From Thermoprotei archaeon (GTDB lineage: Archaea; Thermoproteota; Thermoprotei; Thermofilales; B69-G16): DNA of 53,993 bases. The stretch lies in NCBI GenBank assembly GCA_003649235.1, contig QMRG01000001.1:1-53993 (forward strand), written 5' to 3'. Within the stretch, counting starts at the first letter, position 1. Every line of letters starts with the position of its first letter. The position numbers and the translations under genes were made by a program. Shown here in pieces: positions 1 through 8,158 of the stretch. The notes beneath the pieces are model-generated. The model was not told the origin of the DNA and did not search any database. It saw nothing but the letters and a program-made list of their open reading frames with translations.

Positions 1-1038
1 GTCAACGGCAAGAAGTACATGCATCTGGCGAAGACTTTCAACGTTAAAGGCGGTGCACCTGTCGGCAGCATCGTCACGATCACCTTCCACACCGTCAACT
101 GGTACATTGACAAGAAAAAAGGCCTTCAGTGGATTCGCGCTTACGAGCCGAAGTTCATCGAGAGGCGACCTCAACAGAAGCAGCCTGACAGTGCCAAGGA
201 CGTCATCGAGATCGCCCACAAGTTGGAGCTGCTACAGATCAAACGCCTTGAGGAGCTCCACTTGGCCTCCTTCAAGGCTTTCATGGACGACAAGCCACAC
301 GCCGCCGTCATGCAGAACCACTACCGAGGACGCTCCGTTCACCTGGATTTCAGAATTGCTGACGCCAAGAAAACCTACCTTCTTGGACTCACCGTCATGC
401 ATGAACGTCCAGGCCGCATCAAAGACGACGTCGACTCACTCAAGGAAGCGAAGCGCATCGAGAAGAACTGGGAGTATTACTTCAAGATGACAAACAAGCC
501 GCAGACCTACATTGCATCGCCGAGACGCAAACTGTGGGTCGAGTGGAAGGCTCCCGAGCCAATCGAATGGCTGACTGTCGAAGGCGTAGTTCCACCCGGC
601 AAAGTCGGCGCAACAAAGCGTGAGGCAGGTGTCTTCAGCATCGTTGATCGTCCTACCGTCTACATTGGCACTGTCAAACCGGACTTCGTTGAATTCTTCC
701 TCTATGGAAAGCGCTTCACCGGCCGATGGGTTGTGAGGCTGCTACCCAACCCGTGGATCGACGAGATGCCACGCGAGAAGTTCGTCTGGCTCATGTGGAA
801 GCCTGAGAACCAGATGCCGTATGTTCTGTCCAAACGCGCCGTCGAAAAGCAATGGATGCCTCCGGCCGGCATCAGTGCTCTGCCACCCGAAATTCGCCAG
901 CAGATACCCGAGGAGTACCAGTACTGGAAGGCGAAAACACCTAAGGAGCGCCGCGAGATCCGTGATGCACTTGTCGAAGCCATCCGCAAGGGCAAAGTGA
1001 AGATCAAGCCTGTCGAGGTGGTCAGACGTGTCAAGTGA
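1..1038 (+). CDS. DNA ligase C-terminal (OB/motif VI-like) region fused to a LigD-type 3'-phosphoesterase domain; 5' end cut by window edge
   Basis: The frame is open from nt 1 (VNGKKYMHLAK..). GSIVTITFH..WIRAYEPKFIERRPQQKQPD resembles the end of ATP-dependent ligase OB domains. AVMQNHYRGRSVHLDFRI (H-x6-H-x-D), VEGVVPPGKVGA and FFLYGKRFTGRWVVRL match the three conserved LigD phosphoesterase blocks. Confidence 0.45.
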   Translation, partial: VNGKKYMHLAKTFNVKGGAPVGSIVTITFHTVNWYIDKKKGLQWIRAYEPKFIERRPQQKQPDSAKDVIEIAHKLELLQIKRLEELHLASFKAFMDDKPHAAVMQNHYRGRSVHLDFRIADAKKTYLLGLTVMHERPGRIKDDVDSLKEAKRIEKNWEYYFKMTNKPQTYIASPRRKLWVEWKAPEPIEWLTVEGVVPPGKVGATKREAGVFSIVDRPTVYIGTVKPDFVEFFLYGKRFTGRWVVRLLPNPWIDEMPREKFVWLMWKPENQMPYVLSKRAVEKQWMPPAGISALPPEIRQQIPEEYQYWKAKTPKERREIRDALVEAIRKGKVKIKPVEVVRRVK

Positions 1039-1471
1039 CGGGCCAGCTACACGAGCGGATAGTGTAGTCACAGAAGCAGAACCTAAAGTAGTCGTTGCCA
1101 CTATTCGCGTCTTCCACAGACTCGACTACGTGTACCTTGCACCTCACATTATCCTGAAAGGTACCATCAACATTCCACATACACGTCGAGGACCCTACAT
1201 CATCCTCAACGGCTGGCAACGCTACAAGCAACTACGCGAACGGTATCCACAACTTCACCATCCCAATTTCTCGCTCATCGATCGGTTAGCCGTCCTAAAG
1301 CACAACTTGACATCCCGTCAGATGCTGTCTCATCCTGAAGCTGCCGATCTCCTACTCGAGCTCGTAGAACGAAACCGCAGAACACCACATCAGACACTTC
1401 TCGAGTTCCTTGTTCGCGGCGAAATGTTCCGCCAAGCAAGACTTATCAAGATGATGTCGGATAGAAGGTGA
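1028..1471 (+). CDS. hypothetical protein (weak ParB/Srx-like block)
   Basis: 147-aa ORF that overlaps the upstream stop; the start (GTG 1028) is uncertain. PYIILNGWQRYKQLRE only loosely resembles the ParB-N core. Confidence 0.35.
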   Translation: MSSDGPATRADSVVTEAEPKVVVATIRVFHRLDYVYLAPHIILKGTINIPHTRRGPYIILNGWQRYKQLRERYPQLHHPNFSLIDRLAVLKHNLTSRQMLSHPEAADLLLELVERNRRTPHQTLLEFLVRGEMFRQARLIKMMSDRR

Positions 1472-2049
1472 TAGAAGTGGAATACGAATACGTCGTAAGG
1501 CTCGGCAATGAACTGACAGTGATGCGGCTGCCCGAGTCAACAAGCTACCTGGACGTCCACGAAGTGTGGCTCGCAGATGAGCCACCGATAATTGAGCAGC
1601 CCGTCACTGTGAAGGGCATCTACCAGCACCAATGGTGGAAAGGACGCAAGCTGATAAGGGTCGGTCCCAGCGAGGAATACTGGATAATCAAGATCGACTG
1701 GAAGCCTAACAAACCGCTGATGGCGTTCGTATGCCGCGACGACCTCCGTGCCGCTGACTCAACAAGTGCAATCTTCGAATGGGCCGACCGATCATGGTGG
1801 AACAAAGGAGTGAAAGGTCCAGAGTATCTGCCGCCTGGAGGTCCAGGCAATCCGACGAAGAACACGCCTGCATGGATCGAACGGATCGACTCGGGTACAG
1901 TTCGCATCTATTCGATGAGTGACATGTTCGGGAAGTTTGACATACGGTTCAAGAAGTTGAAAGGTCACTTCGTGGCAATACGGCGAGATGAGAGATTGAA
2001 CCTATGGACAATCCGAAGAGAGGAATCGGGTCCTGAGGTGAGAGGATGA
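1468..2049 (+). CDS. hypothetical protein, possibly a degenerate LigD-PE-like beta-barrel paralogue
   Basis: Start overlaps the upstream stop and follows GAAGGTGA. The C-terminal half (YLPPGGPGNPTKN..IDSGTVRIY..FGKFDIRFKKLKGHFVAIRRDE) parallels the FEGxIP..GxkLxGxfxLxR blocks of ORF 1, but the H-x-H-x-D metal site is absent. Confidence 0.45.
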   Translation: MIEVEYEYVVRLGNELTVMRLPESTSYLDVHEVWLADEPPIIEQPVTVKGIYQHQWWKGRKLIRVGPSEEYWIIKIDWKPNKPLMAFVCRDDLRAADSTSAIFEWADRSWWNKGVKGPEYLPPGGPGNPTKNTPAWIERIDSGTVRIYSMSDMFGKFDIRFKKLKGHFVAIRRDERLNLWTIRREESGPEVRG

Positions 2050-3347
2050 AAACTCGGACACAAGATGCAACGGAGGAAGTGAATGAGGTCAAGAATACGG
2101 TAAGCAAACAGATCTCGCTAAGTGGCTTCGAATGGCAACGAATCGGCAACGTGCTCAAGATCAAGGGCACGTTGCTTGAGACAGGAGTATGGACCGGACT
2201 CGACGGAATACCGACTTACTTCCCGTTGGATGTCATACATGAAAAGTCCCATACAATGGTCGGAAAGCGCATAAAGCGCAGGCACCAAGACACGGATGAG
2301 TCCGTAATCGGATTCGTAACAGCCGTCCGCAACACGCCCAAAGGAGCCGAATTCGAAGGAATCATCTTTGATCAGCAGGCCATAGATGAAATCGAGCTCG
2401 GAATCGCAAATGGCCTCAGCATCGAGGCCGATGTCATCTGCGATGAAGCTCAAGGTCAAGCCATCGTGAAGGACCTCACGTTCACAGCTGTTGCCGTGGT
2501 CGAAAATCCGGCATGCCCGACGTGCCGGATCGAAGCCGCGAGACCTATAAAGATGGAGGTGAAGAAAACGTCTGAGCTGGCTGACAAGCCAACGAGAACA
2601 GAGTTCTTCGACTGGCTCAAGGAACAGCTCAAGAATGCCGGCATACCCGACGAGTACATCAGCAAAGTCATCGACGTGTTAAAGAAGGCCATAAAGACAC
2701 CGTATCCGTACCCGTATCCTTCTCCGGAGGCCTATCCCGGCCCGGAGAAGAAGGAGGCTGAACTGGAAAAGCCAACAAGAGCACAGTTCCTGCGGTGGCT
2801 CAGAAATCAACTGAAGAAGGCCGGCATCAGTGCGGACGACGTGAAGAAGGTAATGGACATCCTGAAGAAAGCAATTAAGACTCCGTATCCGTATCCCTAT
2901 CCGTCTCCTAAAAAGATGGAGGAGGGTGAAATGTCCGAGTTAGAGAAAGAGCTTGAAGAGAAAGAGAGTGAGCTAGAGGCTGCCAAGAGCGAGCTTGAGC
3001 AGGCCAAGGCCAGAATCAGCGAGTTAGAGTCAAAGATCAAGGAGTACGAGGCCAAGCTCAACGACTACGAGGAGAAGATCAAGGCGATAAAGCTAGCAGA
3101 GATCAAAGCGCTTGTCGAGGAGATCAAGAAGATCGATGAATCATTTGACGCCGAGAAGTTCCTTGAGGGTGTTGAGGACCTCGACATGCGCAAGAAGCTC
3201 CTGAAGAACTACCTCGAGAACATCAAGAAGTTTGCAGACATGACGGTGAAGTTGTCAGTGGACGAAGGAGAGTCCGTTGAGGCAAAGGTACAGAAAGTCC
3301 TCTCAGAGATGGGTATCTCAGATGTAAAAGCACTCATAGAGGGGTGA
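2046..3347 (+). CDS. prohead protease - scaffold fusion protein
   Basis: SD GAGGTGAGAGG precedes the ATG. The N-terminal ~170 aa look like an HK97-family prohead protease (..KRRHQD.., ..IANGLSIEADV.., ..AVAVVENPACP). The centre is duplicated and the C-terminus is a long E/K-rich coiled coil (ELEKELEEKESELEAAKSELEQAKARISELESKIKEYEAKL). It lies just upstream of the decoration and capsid genes. Confidence 0.6.
   Translation: MKTRTQDATEEVNEVKNTVSKQISLSGFEWQRIGNVLKIKGTLLETGVWTGLDGIPTYFPLDVIHEKSHTMVGKRIKRRHQDTDESVIGFVTAVRNTPKGAEFEGIIFDQQAIDEIELGIANGLSIEADVICDEAQGQAIVKDLTFTAVAVVENPACPTCRIEAARPIKMEVKKTSELADKPTRTEFFDWLKEQLKNAGIPDEYISKVIDVLKKAIKTPYPYPYPSPEAYPGPEKKEAELEKPTRAQFLRWLRNQLKKAGISADDVKKVMDILKKAIKTPYPYPYPSPKKMEEGEMSELEKELEEKESELEAAKSELEQAKARISELESKIKEYEAKLNDYEEKIKAIKLAEIKALVEEIKKIDESFDAEKFLEGVEDLDMRKKLLKNYLENIKKFADMTVKLSVDEGESVEAKVQKVLSEMGISDVKALIEG
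2574..2913 (+). repeat. in-frame tandem duplication (about 155 nt x2) inside the scaffold region
   Basis: The unit 2574..2729 encodes ELADKPTRTEFFDWLKEQLKNAGIPDEYISKVIDVLKKAIKTPYPYPYPSPE. The unit 2760..2913 encodes ELEKPTRAQFLRWLRNQLKKAGISADDVKKVMDILKKAIKTPYPYPYPSPK. Confidence 0.85.
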
Positions 3348-3355
3348 GGTGAGAA

Positions 3356-3787
3356 ATGGCACTCGTACAACATGAGGAAAGCGTCTATGTGACCTGCAGT
3401 GATGCACTAGACGACTACGGCTACGTCCTCTCCCTACAGTCTTCAGGCAACGCCCACAAGTGCACGAACACTGAGCTACCAATAGGCATCGCGCTGACCA
3501 GTACGAAGGATCCAATAACTGGAACTGCCCAGTCCGATCAGAAGGTGGCCATAGTACGCAGAGGCGTTGCCTACGTTAAGCTCGACGACGCAAACAGCTC
3601 AATAAGTCCTGGGGACCTCGTCGGCGTATCTTCGACAGCTGGATACGTCGACAAACTAACAGTGGACACAACTGATGCAGAAAGTCTCTGGTCAAGCCTA
3701 CGAAAAGCAGTTGGCATCGCGCTAGAAAGCAAGTCAGCGAACGCGGGCGGAAAGATAAAAGTCCTGCTACTATTAGGAGGTGTGTAA
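3356..3787 (+). CDS. head decoration protein (DUF2190-like)
   Basis: SD GGTGAGGTGAGAA precedes the ATG. The 143-aa beta-rich protein sits directly before the capsid gene. PIGIALTS.., ISPGDLVGV and AVGIALES..GGKIKVLL resemble the DUF2190 decoration family. Confidence 0.5.
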   Translation: MALVQHEESVYVTCSDALDDYGYVLSLQSSGNAHKCTNTELPIGIALTSTKDPITGTAQSDQKVAIVRRGVAYVKLDDANSSISPGDLVGVSSTAGYVDKLTVDTTDAESLWSSLRKAVGIALESKSANAGGKIKVLLLLGGV

Positions 3788-3790
3788 GCC

Positions 3791-4693
3791 ATGGCAGACG
3801 AATACACGAAGATGTTAGCTGAAGGAATCAAGAAGCTTCAGGCGACGACTACGGACGACGCCATCAAACGTGAGATCGTCAAGCAGCTCATCTACAAGAG
3901 AGCCGACTTCATCAGTGCAGGAGTCAAGGTAGTCGGCGTACAGCAATTCGACAACCTTGACATCAAATACGCAATGCCCAGTGAGGCTTCCGTTGAGTAT
4001 CCAGTACCAGAAGGTGCAGGCGCCTCACTAAGCCTGATCGACTGGACCGAATTCACCTTCAGCATGCAGAAAGCCGAAGGCCGCTTCATGATCACTGATG
4101 AGGCCAGAATACGGGGCGTCGACAACGTCCAGTGGCAAATCTCAATACGACGCCTCGGTGAGTCTCTGGCCTACGAGAAGGACAAGAACATCCTGGACAC
4201 ACTAATAAACGGTGCAGGGAATACGTTCTCGGCATCAGCAACATGGGACACTGCAACGGCCTCCCAGATAACTGCCGACATCGCCAAAGGACTCAATTAT
4301 GTGATGTCGGCAAAGGGCGTCGTTGACTCCGACATAAACAGAGTCGCACTTGTCCTGCCAATGAAGGCATGGACAGGGCTTCTCAGAGTCGTCGAGATAG
4401 GCAACATCAACAGAAGCATCCGTGACTTCATCGAGGACGGATACGGCATACAGATCCTACCGAGCAAGTACCTAACAACTGACGCGATAATGCTCGTGAA
4501 AGGTGCTGAGACAGCAATCCATGCAGTGCTCCGGCCACCTGCAGGCATACCTCTCGTCGAACAGAAGAGACACGAAGGCGTCGGCACAGAGTACATCGTC
4601 AGGCAGTTCTTCAACACGAAGGTCATACCTGAGAGCTCCTCACAGACCAGTTCGACCAACAGAATCTGCGTAATCGAGGACGTAGCCAGCTAA
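3791..4693 (+). CDS. major capsid protein (HK97 fold)
   Basis: SD AGGAGGTG lies 10 nt upstream. The 300-aa protein follows protease/scaffold and decoration genes and is followed by an oligo-T terminator. Sequence character (..FTFSMQKAEGRFMITDEARIR..) is typical of HK97-like capsid proteins. Confidence 0.7.
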   Translation: MADEYTKMLAEGIKKLQATTTDDAIKREIVKQLIYKRADFISAGVKVVGVQQFDNLDIKYAMPSEASVEYPVPEGAGASLSLIDWTEFTFSMQKAEGRFMITDEARIRGVDNVQWQISIRRLGESLAYEKDKNILDTLINGAGNTFSASATWDTATASQITADIAKGLNYVMSAKGVVDSDINRVALVLPMKAWTGLLRVVEIGNINRSIRDFIEDGYGIQILPSKYLTTDAIMLVKGAETAIHAVLRPPAGIPLVEQKRHEGVGTEYIVRQFFNTKVIPESSSQTSSTNRICVIEDVAS

Positions 4694-4735
4694 GCGAGCT
4701 GACCGATCAGTGACGCCTTCCCCTAAGTTCCCCGA

Positions 4736-4744
4736 TTTTTTTTT
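4736..4744 (+). terminator. oligo-T (T9) archaeal-type transcription terminator after the capsid gene
   Basis: CCCCGATTTTTTTTTG lies 43 nt after the capsid stop, in the 87-nt gap (4694..4780) that precedes the next gene. Confidence 0.55.
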
Positions 4745-4780
4745 GTGCTCGTTTAGTCTCCTGTTAGTGAGGTGTCCTCT

Positions 4781-5158
4781 ATGAGTGAGTTCCGCCCGGT
4801 TGAGGCCACATTCATTTACACACCGCAAAACGAAGTTACTCTCACCGAAAGCGGCGGCGCTAATCCCACTCACACAAGTCAGGCATTTGATTGTGAGCGT
4901 GCACGTACAATCGTCTTGCAAGTCATCCACAACTACGATGAAAGCGAAAGTACCGACCTGGACGTCCTTGTCTATACAAGCATCGACGGCGTCACATTCG
5001 ACACCGAGCCCTACACAGGTCTTAACATTGGCAGTGACACCGTCAAATCGATTCCCATCTCACCGGGCTTTCGGTACGCAAAGATCTTCGTACGCAACAA
5101 CGACGCCTCACATTCTACGAAAGTCACAACTAAGCTGTGCGTGGTGACCAGCAAGTGA
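4781..5158 (+). CDS. hypothetical virion protein (beta-rich)
   Basis: SD GTGAGGTG is followed after 6 nt by ATG 4781; the track start at 4772 lies inside the SD. The gene is in the structural module. Confidence 0.5.
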   Translation: MSEFRPVEATFIYTPQNEVTLTESGGANPTHTSQAFDCERARTIVLQVIHNYDESESTDLDVLVYTSIDGVTFDTEPYTGLNIGSDTVKSIPISPGFRYAKIFVRNNDASHSTKVTTKLCVVTSK

Positions 5159-5691
5159 GACGTCCACTTCTCCAGCCATACGAACTCCTTTATGTCTCAC
5201 GTTGCGATCACGACTCCTATGTCTTCGTGCCGTATGACGCCACCGAAACCTGTACTCCCGAAGATTACGATCTTACAGGCATCCACAACATTTACTGCTT
5301 TTTCAGTTCCGACTTCGTCGAATTTCTATTCCTGTCACGTCCACCTTTCGACTGGTCATACGAGTCGTCAAATGGCAAGATTTCTCGCGCAATATTCGAC
5401 CTTCGTGCTGGCACACAAGTCTTTGGCGGCTCGCTCTACTTCGACACCAGCAAACTCGAAGACGGAACTCCACGGTTCCTCAACATGATTGTTTCGCTTC
5501 TCAAACCGTTCATTTACGAGCTCAGTCTCACAGTCACAGTAGGCGAAACATCTGTAGGTTCAGGTTTCGTCACACGTGGCAAACCGTTCCAGATTTACAT
5601 AGGTGATGTTTCCGTCGGTCAAGGCATCTTCCCGGTCACGAAGTCATTCGACGTGATGATTGGTGATACACAGGTCGGGGAGGGATCGTGA
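5155..5691 (+). CDS. hypothetical virion protein with three (I/V)G(D/E)xxVGxG repeats at the C-terminus
   Basis: GTG 5155 forms a GTGA overlap with the upstream stop. The C-terminus reads VGETSVGSG..IGDVSVGQG..IGDTQVGEG. Confidence 0.45.
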   Translation: MRRPLLQPYELLYVSRCDHDSYVFVPYDATETCTPEDYDLTGIHNIYCFFSSDFVEFLFLSRPPFDWSYESSNGKISRAIFDLRAGTQVFGGSLYFDTSKLEDGTPRFLNMIVSLLKPFIYELSLTVTVGETSVGSGFVTRGKPFQIYIGDVSVGQGIFPVTKSFDVMIGDTQVGEGS

Positions 5692-6191
5692 TGAGCATCA
5701 CACTTCGAAGTGAGCACTTTAAACGTGACTTCGACTACTTGATCTACAAGGATGGAGACTACTACAAAATCCTTAACGGTGACTCGTTGGCCATAGACTA
5801 TAAGGATGAGGACGCCGCGACTGCCATTGCAAAAGCGATAGAGTATTCGGAAGGTGGAAAGATTTTTCTTAAGAACGCCGAGTACCCTCTTTCTTCTGTA
5901 GTCAGCCTAAAGAGTAATATCTTATTAGAATCAGAGGGAAACGCTATTTTAAGAGCTAATAACGACGATGGAGCTTTGAAAGCAGAGGGAGCAGAAAACA
6001 TCCTCATTAGAAATCTCAAGATAGTCGGCTATGACTATACAAAAGGTATAGGATTGCACCTTAAAGACTGCAATAGATGTCGAATTGAAAATGTCTATTT
6101 TGAGGAGTTCAACGATATATGCTATTTGCAAAACACGAATCAGAGCATTGTACAGAATTGTAGTTTAGACGGGCCGGTGGAACCGCTCTGA
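5688..6191 (+). CDS. right-handed parallel beta-helix repeat protein, N-terminal fragment (frameshifted gene)
   Basis: ATGA overlap with the upstream stop. Beta-helix rungs are visible (NILIRNLKIVGYD..GIGLHLKDCNRCRIENVYFEEF). The ORF ends at TGA 6189..6191 while the -1 frame is open from 6164. Confidence 0.55.
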   Translation: MMSITLRSEHFKRDFDYLIYKDGDYYKILNGDSLAIDYKDEDAATAIAKAIEYSEGGKIFLKNAEYPLSSVVSLKSNILLESEGNAILRANNDDGALKAEGAENILIRNLKIVGYDYTKGIGLHLKDCNRCRIENVYFEEFNDICYLQNTNQSIVQNCSLDGPVEPL

Positions 6192-6214
6192 ATGTCGTCG
6201 GAGATTATAATAAG

Positions 6215-7054
6215 GTGGTTGCAAACCATCTGATTGACGGTATTTACTTTGGAATAAATATTCTCGGCAACTACGCAACAATCTCAAACAACTCGATTCA
6301 CTTCGCAGTATACGATGGCATCAGGCTCTGTGAAGTCTACTATGCCACTATTATCGGCAATGTGATCCGGGACGCCTGGTGTCCAATAACTCCACGCCGT
6401 TCACATCATGTCTCAATAATAGGTAATGTAGTCGAATATGCGAGACAACACGGAGCTATCTACCTCGAATATGGTGGCAGTCATATCGAAATAATTGGTA
6501 ATGATCTATGCAACTGTTATGGTCCAGGAATCCAGGCAGAAGCTTCCTATGAACAACTCACAGATGTCATCATAAAAGGAAATGCTATTATTGGCAACAA
6601 CACTGAAAATGTAGCTGAAAAAGGCGGTATCTGGATACATGGAAGTAATGAAAAGCACCACATCATGATAGTCGGCAACATCATTAGAGACAATAAACAG
6701 CAAGACATCATAGTCGATTCTAATTCTTATGGAACAGTCATCATGTTTAATGACTTTCGGAATTCAACAGCTCCTAAAATTATCACAGACAATGGAATTG
6801 GAACAATAATCAAGGGTAATCTAGGCTTTGTAACTGAGAACGACGGTGAAGCAACGATCGCGGCAGGTTCAACCTACGTCGACGTCGAACACGGACTCGA
6901 CATCACTCCAGACGAAAACCGAATACGCATAACACCAAAGGACAACCTCAACGGCAGAAATTGGTGGATTAGCGACGTCAACGATACCACCTTCCGCATA
7001 AATATCAGCTCAAGTGACACCGTAGATCACGTTTTCGGATGGTCATATGCGTAG
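6215..7054 (+). CDS. right-handed parallel beta-helix repeat protein, C-terminal fragment (frameshifted gene)
   Basis: Repeated rungs: ISNNSIHFAVYDGIRL, IIGNVIRDA, IIGNVVEYARQHGAIYL, IIGNDLCNCYGPGIQ, IKGNAIIGNN, IVGNIIRDNKQQDIIV. The frame is open upstream to 6164 (FRRAGGTALNVVGDYNK..) and no SD precedes GTG 6215. Confidence 0.55.
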   Translation: MVANHLIDGIYFGINILGNYATISNNSIHFAVYDGIRLCEVYYATIIGNVIRDAWCPITPRRSHHVSIIGNVVEYARQHGAIYLEYGGSHIEIIGNDLCNCYGPGIQAEASYEQLTDVIIKGNAIIGNNTENVAEKGGIWIHGSNEKHHIMIVGNIIRDNKQQDIIVDSNSYGTVIMFNDFRNSTAPKIITDNGIGTIIKGNLGFVTENDGEATIAAGSTYVDVEHGLDITPDENRIRITPKDNLNGRNWWISDVNDTTFRINISSSDTVDHVFGWSYA

Positions 7055-7064
7055 GTGATGCTCC

Positions 7065-7355
7065 ATGACGAAACGCCCTACGCTTCGTGAACGTGTTGCC
7101 GCATTGGAAGTCGCAGTCGCCGATCTCAAATCATCTGTCGACGACCTCCGACAAAGCTTCCGTCAGAACTCACGAACCATCTACGCCAAACTCGACAACC
7201 TAGAATCTCATGTCAACCAAATCCTCGGAGCCCTTGACGGCTTCAATCCTGGTCTCCATCGCAAGGAAAAAGCCGCCATTACTGTTGCCGTCATCACTGG
7301 CCTCTCCAGTATCATCGCCACACTCCTCCAAGTTCTTCCAGCGATTCTCCACTAA
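7065..7355 (+). CDS. small coiled-coil protein with C-terminal transmembrane helix
   Basis: SD TAGGTGA precedes the ATG. The N-terminus is heptad-like and the C-terminus (AAITVAVITGLSSIIATLLQVLPAIL) is hydrophobic. Confidence 0.5.
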   Translation: MTKRPTLRERVAALEVAVADLKSSVDDLRQSFRQNSRTIYAKLDNLESHVNQILGALDGFNPGLHRKEKAAITVAVITGLSSIIATLLQVLPAILH

Positions 7356-7394
7356 ACTTATCAAATTGCTCTCAACATAATTTTGTGACCAAAA

Positions 7395-7766
7395 TTGAAT
7401 GACTGCGAGCTAGGTTACATCGCTGCACTCATCGATCTGCACGGCTACGTCGGCGTCCTGTTCGATCGCCAGACTGGACACTACAATCCCTATTTGCGTA
7501 TCGTCGGCAAGCGGTCTCACCTACTGCGCATCTCGCAACGACTCCGCGTATTTAGCGGACCCTACGACATCAACGATCGATGGGCCTACCTCACCATACG
7601 AAGGGTCAACCTTCTCCGCGAGGTGCTCACAGCCATCTCGCCACACCTAATCCTGAAAGCCGAAAACGTGCAGAAAGTTTTGCCATTCGTCAACTACAGA
7701 GCCGACAACCTTTACACGCGCAACAAACTTGCAGAATTGCAGCTGCTCCGTGAGGTGATTGGATGA
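7395..7766 (+). CDS. LAGLIDADG-like protein (single motif, probably degenerate homing endonuclease)
   Basis: LGYIAALIDLHGYVGV matches the LAGLIDADG helix, but the catalytic acidic residue is His (..LIDLHG). TTG start. The 123-aa ORF is free-standing between structural genes. Confidence 0.45.
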   Translation: MNDCELGYIAALIDLHGYVGVLFDRQTGHYNPYLRIVGKRSHLLRISQRLRVFSGPYDINDRWAYLTIRRVNLLREVLTAISPHLILKAENVQKVLPFVNYRADNLYTRNKLAELQLLREVIG

Positions 7767-8158
7767 CGGTCACAGTTTCCGACGTTCGCGAACTTCTCAA
7801 AGACTTACCGTCCGAATACGTCTCTGACGACGTCATCCAGAAACAAATCGAGGTCGCACAGTTCATCGTGAACAAGGAGAAGTCAAGTCAGGCCTCGGAC
7901 AGTGACGTTGATCAGGCCGTACTGCTCAATGCAGCGTTCTTGACACTTACAGCCTACGCAAGTGAAGTCGAACGAAGCCTCGGAGTTGTGTCGCCGTCAT
8001 TGAATACTCTGATAGAGCGGTATAAAGTCATGGCAGACCTAGCACTCAAATACGTGAAGAGGGGTTCGGACGCACCTTATCCACATGCGCGTCTCGGCGA
8101 TAGCCTCTGGGACTACGTTAAGACGCAATATGGCTACTATGCGAGGGCTCAGGCATGA
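7763..8158 (+). CDS. head-tail connector/adaptor protein (gp6-like)
   Basis: SD GTGAGGTGA precedes the ATG. The N-terminus MTVTVSDVRELLKDLPSEYVSDDVIQKQIEVAQ is typical of gp6-like adaptors, and the position fits the head-tail joining block. Confidence 0.5.
   Translation: MTVTVSDVRELLKDLPSEYVSDDVIQKQIEVAQFIVNKEKSSQASDSDVDQAVLLNAAFLTLTAYASEVERSLGVVSPSLNTLIERYKVMADLALKYVKRGSDAPYPHARLGDSLWDYVKTQYGYYARAQA

Noticed and set aside
6150-6215. A BHB intron or a programmed slippery-site frameshift was considered as the explanation for the split beta-helix gene.
   Set aside because: I found only weak 4-bp hairpins, no two-bulge motif and no X-XXY-YYZ heptamer. A 1-nt indel at the GGG run (error or pseudogenisation) is the simpler reading.
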